This document shows, in pieces, positions 34,427 to 35,009 of a stretch of 35,009 nt of DNA. How positions within the stretch are numbered: the first letter of the stretch is position 1; every line of letters begins with the position of its first letter. Origin of the DNA: Stramenopiles sp. TOSAG23-6 (Eukaryota); contig LT635947.1 in the NCBI GenBank assembly GCA_900128565.1, forward strand, positions 1 to 35,009, given 5' to 3'. Position numbers and translations under genes: made by a program. The notes below the pieces were generated by a model that searched no databases, was not told the DNA's origin, and worked only from the letters and a program-made list of their open reading frames with translations.

Positions 34427-34954
34427 TTGAAGAACTGAAAGCAAAGGAGTGTAATATTACCTCAAATTCAAATAGTTGAAAGTACAAAAAAACAAATAGT
34501 AACTCTTTATCAGATAGAGTGACAAATGCTACAGCTAGTAAACCTAGCGAATGTTGTTGTTGTATTTAGACAAACAAAGACTTCGTGATAAAAATATGCA
34601 CTGCAGTGTGTAATATACCCGTAACTCGTTCGTTCATAGCCGCGCGATGACTGGTGTAAATCCGAAATAATAAGCGTTTTTTTTCCGGGAACTTCACTTT
34701 GACTCGAATGACACGTGCCAGAAACTTGTCGACTTCTTCTTTACTCACTTTGTCCAGCTCACCCTACTACGTACAGTATATATTATATTAAATTATATTA
34801 ATAGTTTGTAGCACGCGTATTACTAACTTTAATATAGTCGCAGGTATACATCTTAGTGTAGTTATATTGTCTGCAACAGAACTGCTATCCTAGTCACTGG
34901 AGTTATCAAAGACCCCCTAACCGCAACCCTAAGAGTAAAGGTGGCCATGTGGAC

Positions 34955-35009
34955 GAGGAGGAGGAGGAGGAGGAGGAGTCACCTCATTGTATTGAATGTC
35001 CTGAGGATA
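34955..35009 (+). repeat. Exact inverted copy of 29865-29919 at the window end
   Basis: (gag)8-tcacctcattgtattgaatgtcctgaggata is the reverse complement of the poly-Glu locus in the giant gene. Confidence 0.9.

Noticed and set aside
34566-34748. 60-aa minus-strand ORF
   Set aside because: GTG start, short, and no recognisable homology.
34911-34933. Telomere-like CCCTAA hexamers
   Set aside because: Only two non-tandem copies, so not a telomeric array.

Overview
Compact, AT-rich eukaryotic (protist-like) genomic DNA with six protein-coding genes: a secreted LRR protein with a probable GPI anchor, a DUF707-family protein, an orphan with an internal repeat, protein-L-isoaspartate O-methyltransferase (PCMT), a giant (~27.4 kb, ~8,900 aa) cysteine-rich multi-pass membrane protein, and a PSMG1/PAC1-like proteasome chaperone. 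Main discovery: all ten interruptions of these genes belong to one family of 88-101 nt sequences. Each starts GTAY(G/A), carries a branch-site-like (G)TACCTAAC motif and lacks a usable AG acceptor. The reading frame is restored when they are removed as GT...AT introns (9 cases) or GT...GT (1 case), with the 3' end 33-36 nt after the putative branch A (43 nt in one copy). Conserved PCMT and DUF707 motifs anchor two junctions. I found no canonical GT-AG intron in the window. The copies resemble one another and often have short junction direct repeats, which suggests an introner-like family creating non-canonical introns. Splicing is inferred from DNA only and needs RNA confirmation. The window also has an assembly gap, and its last 55 nt look like an inverted misjoin.
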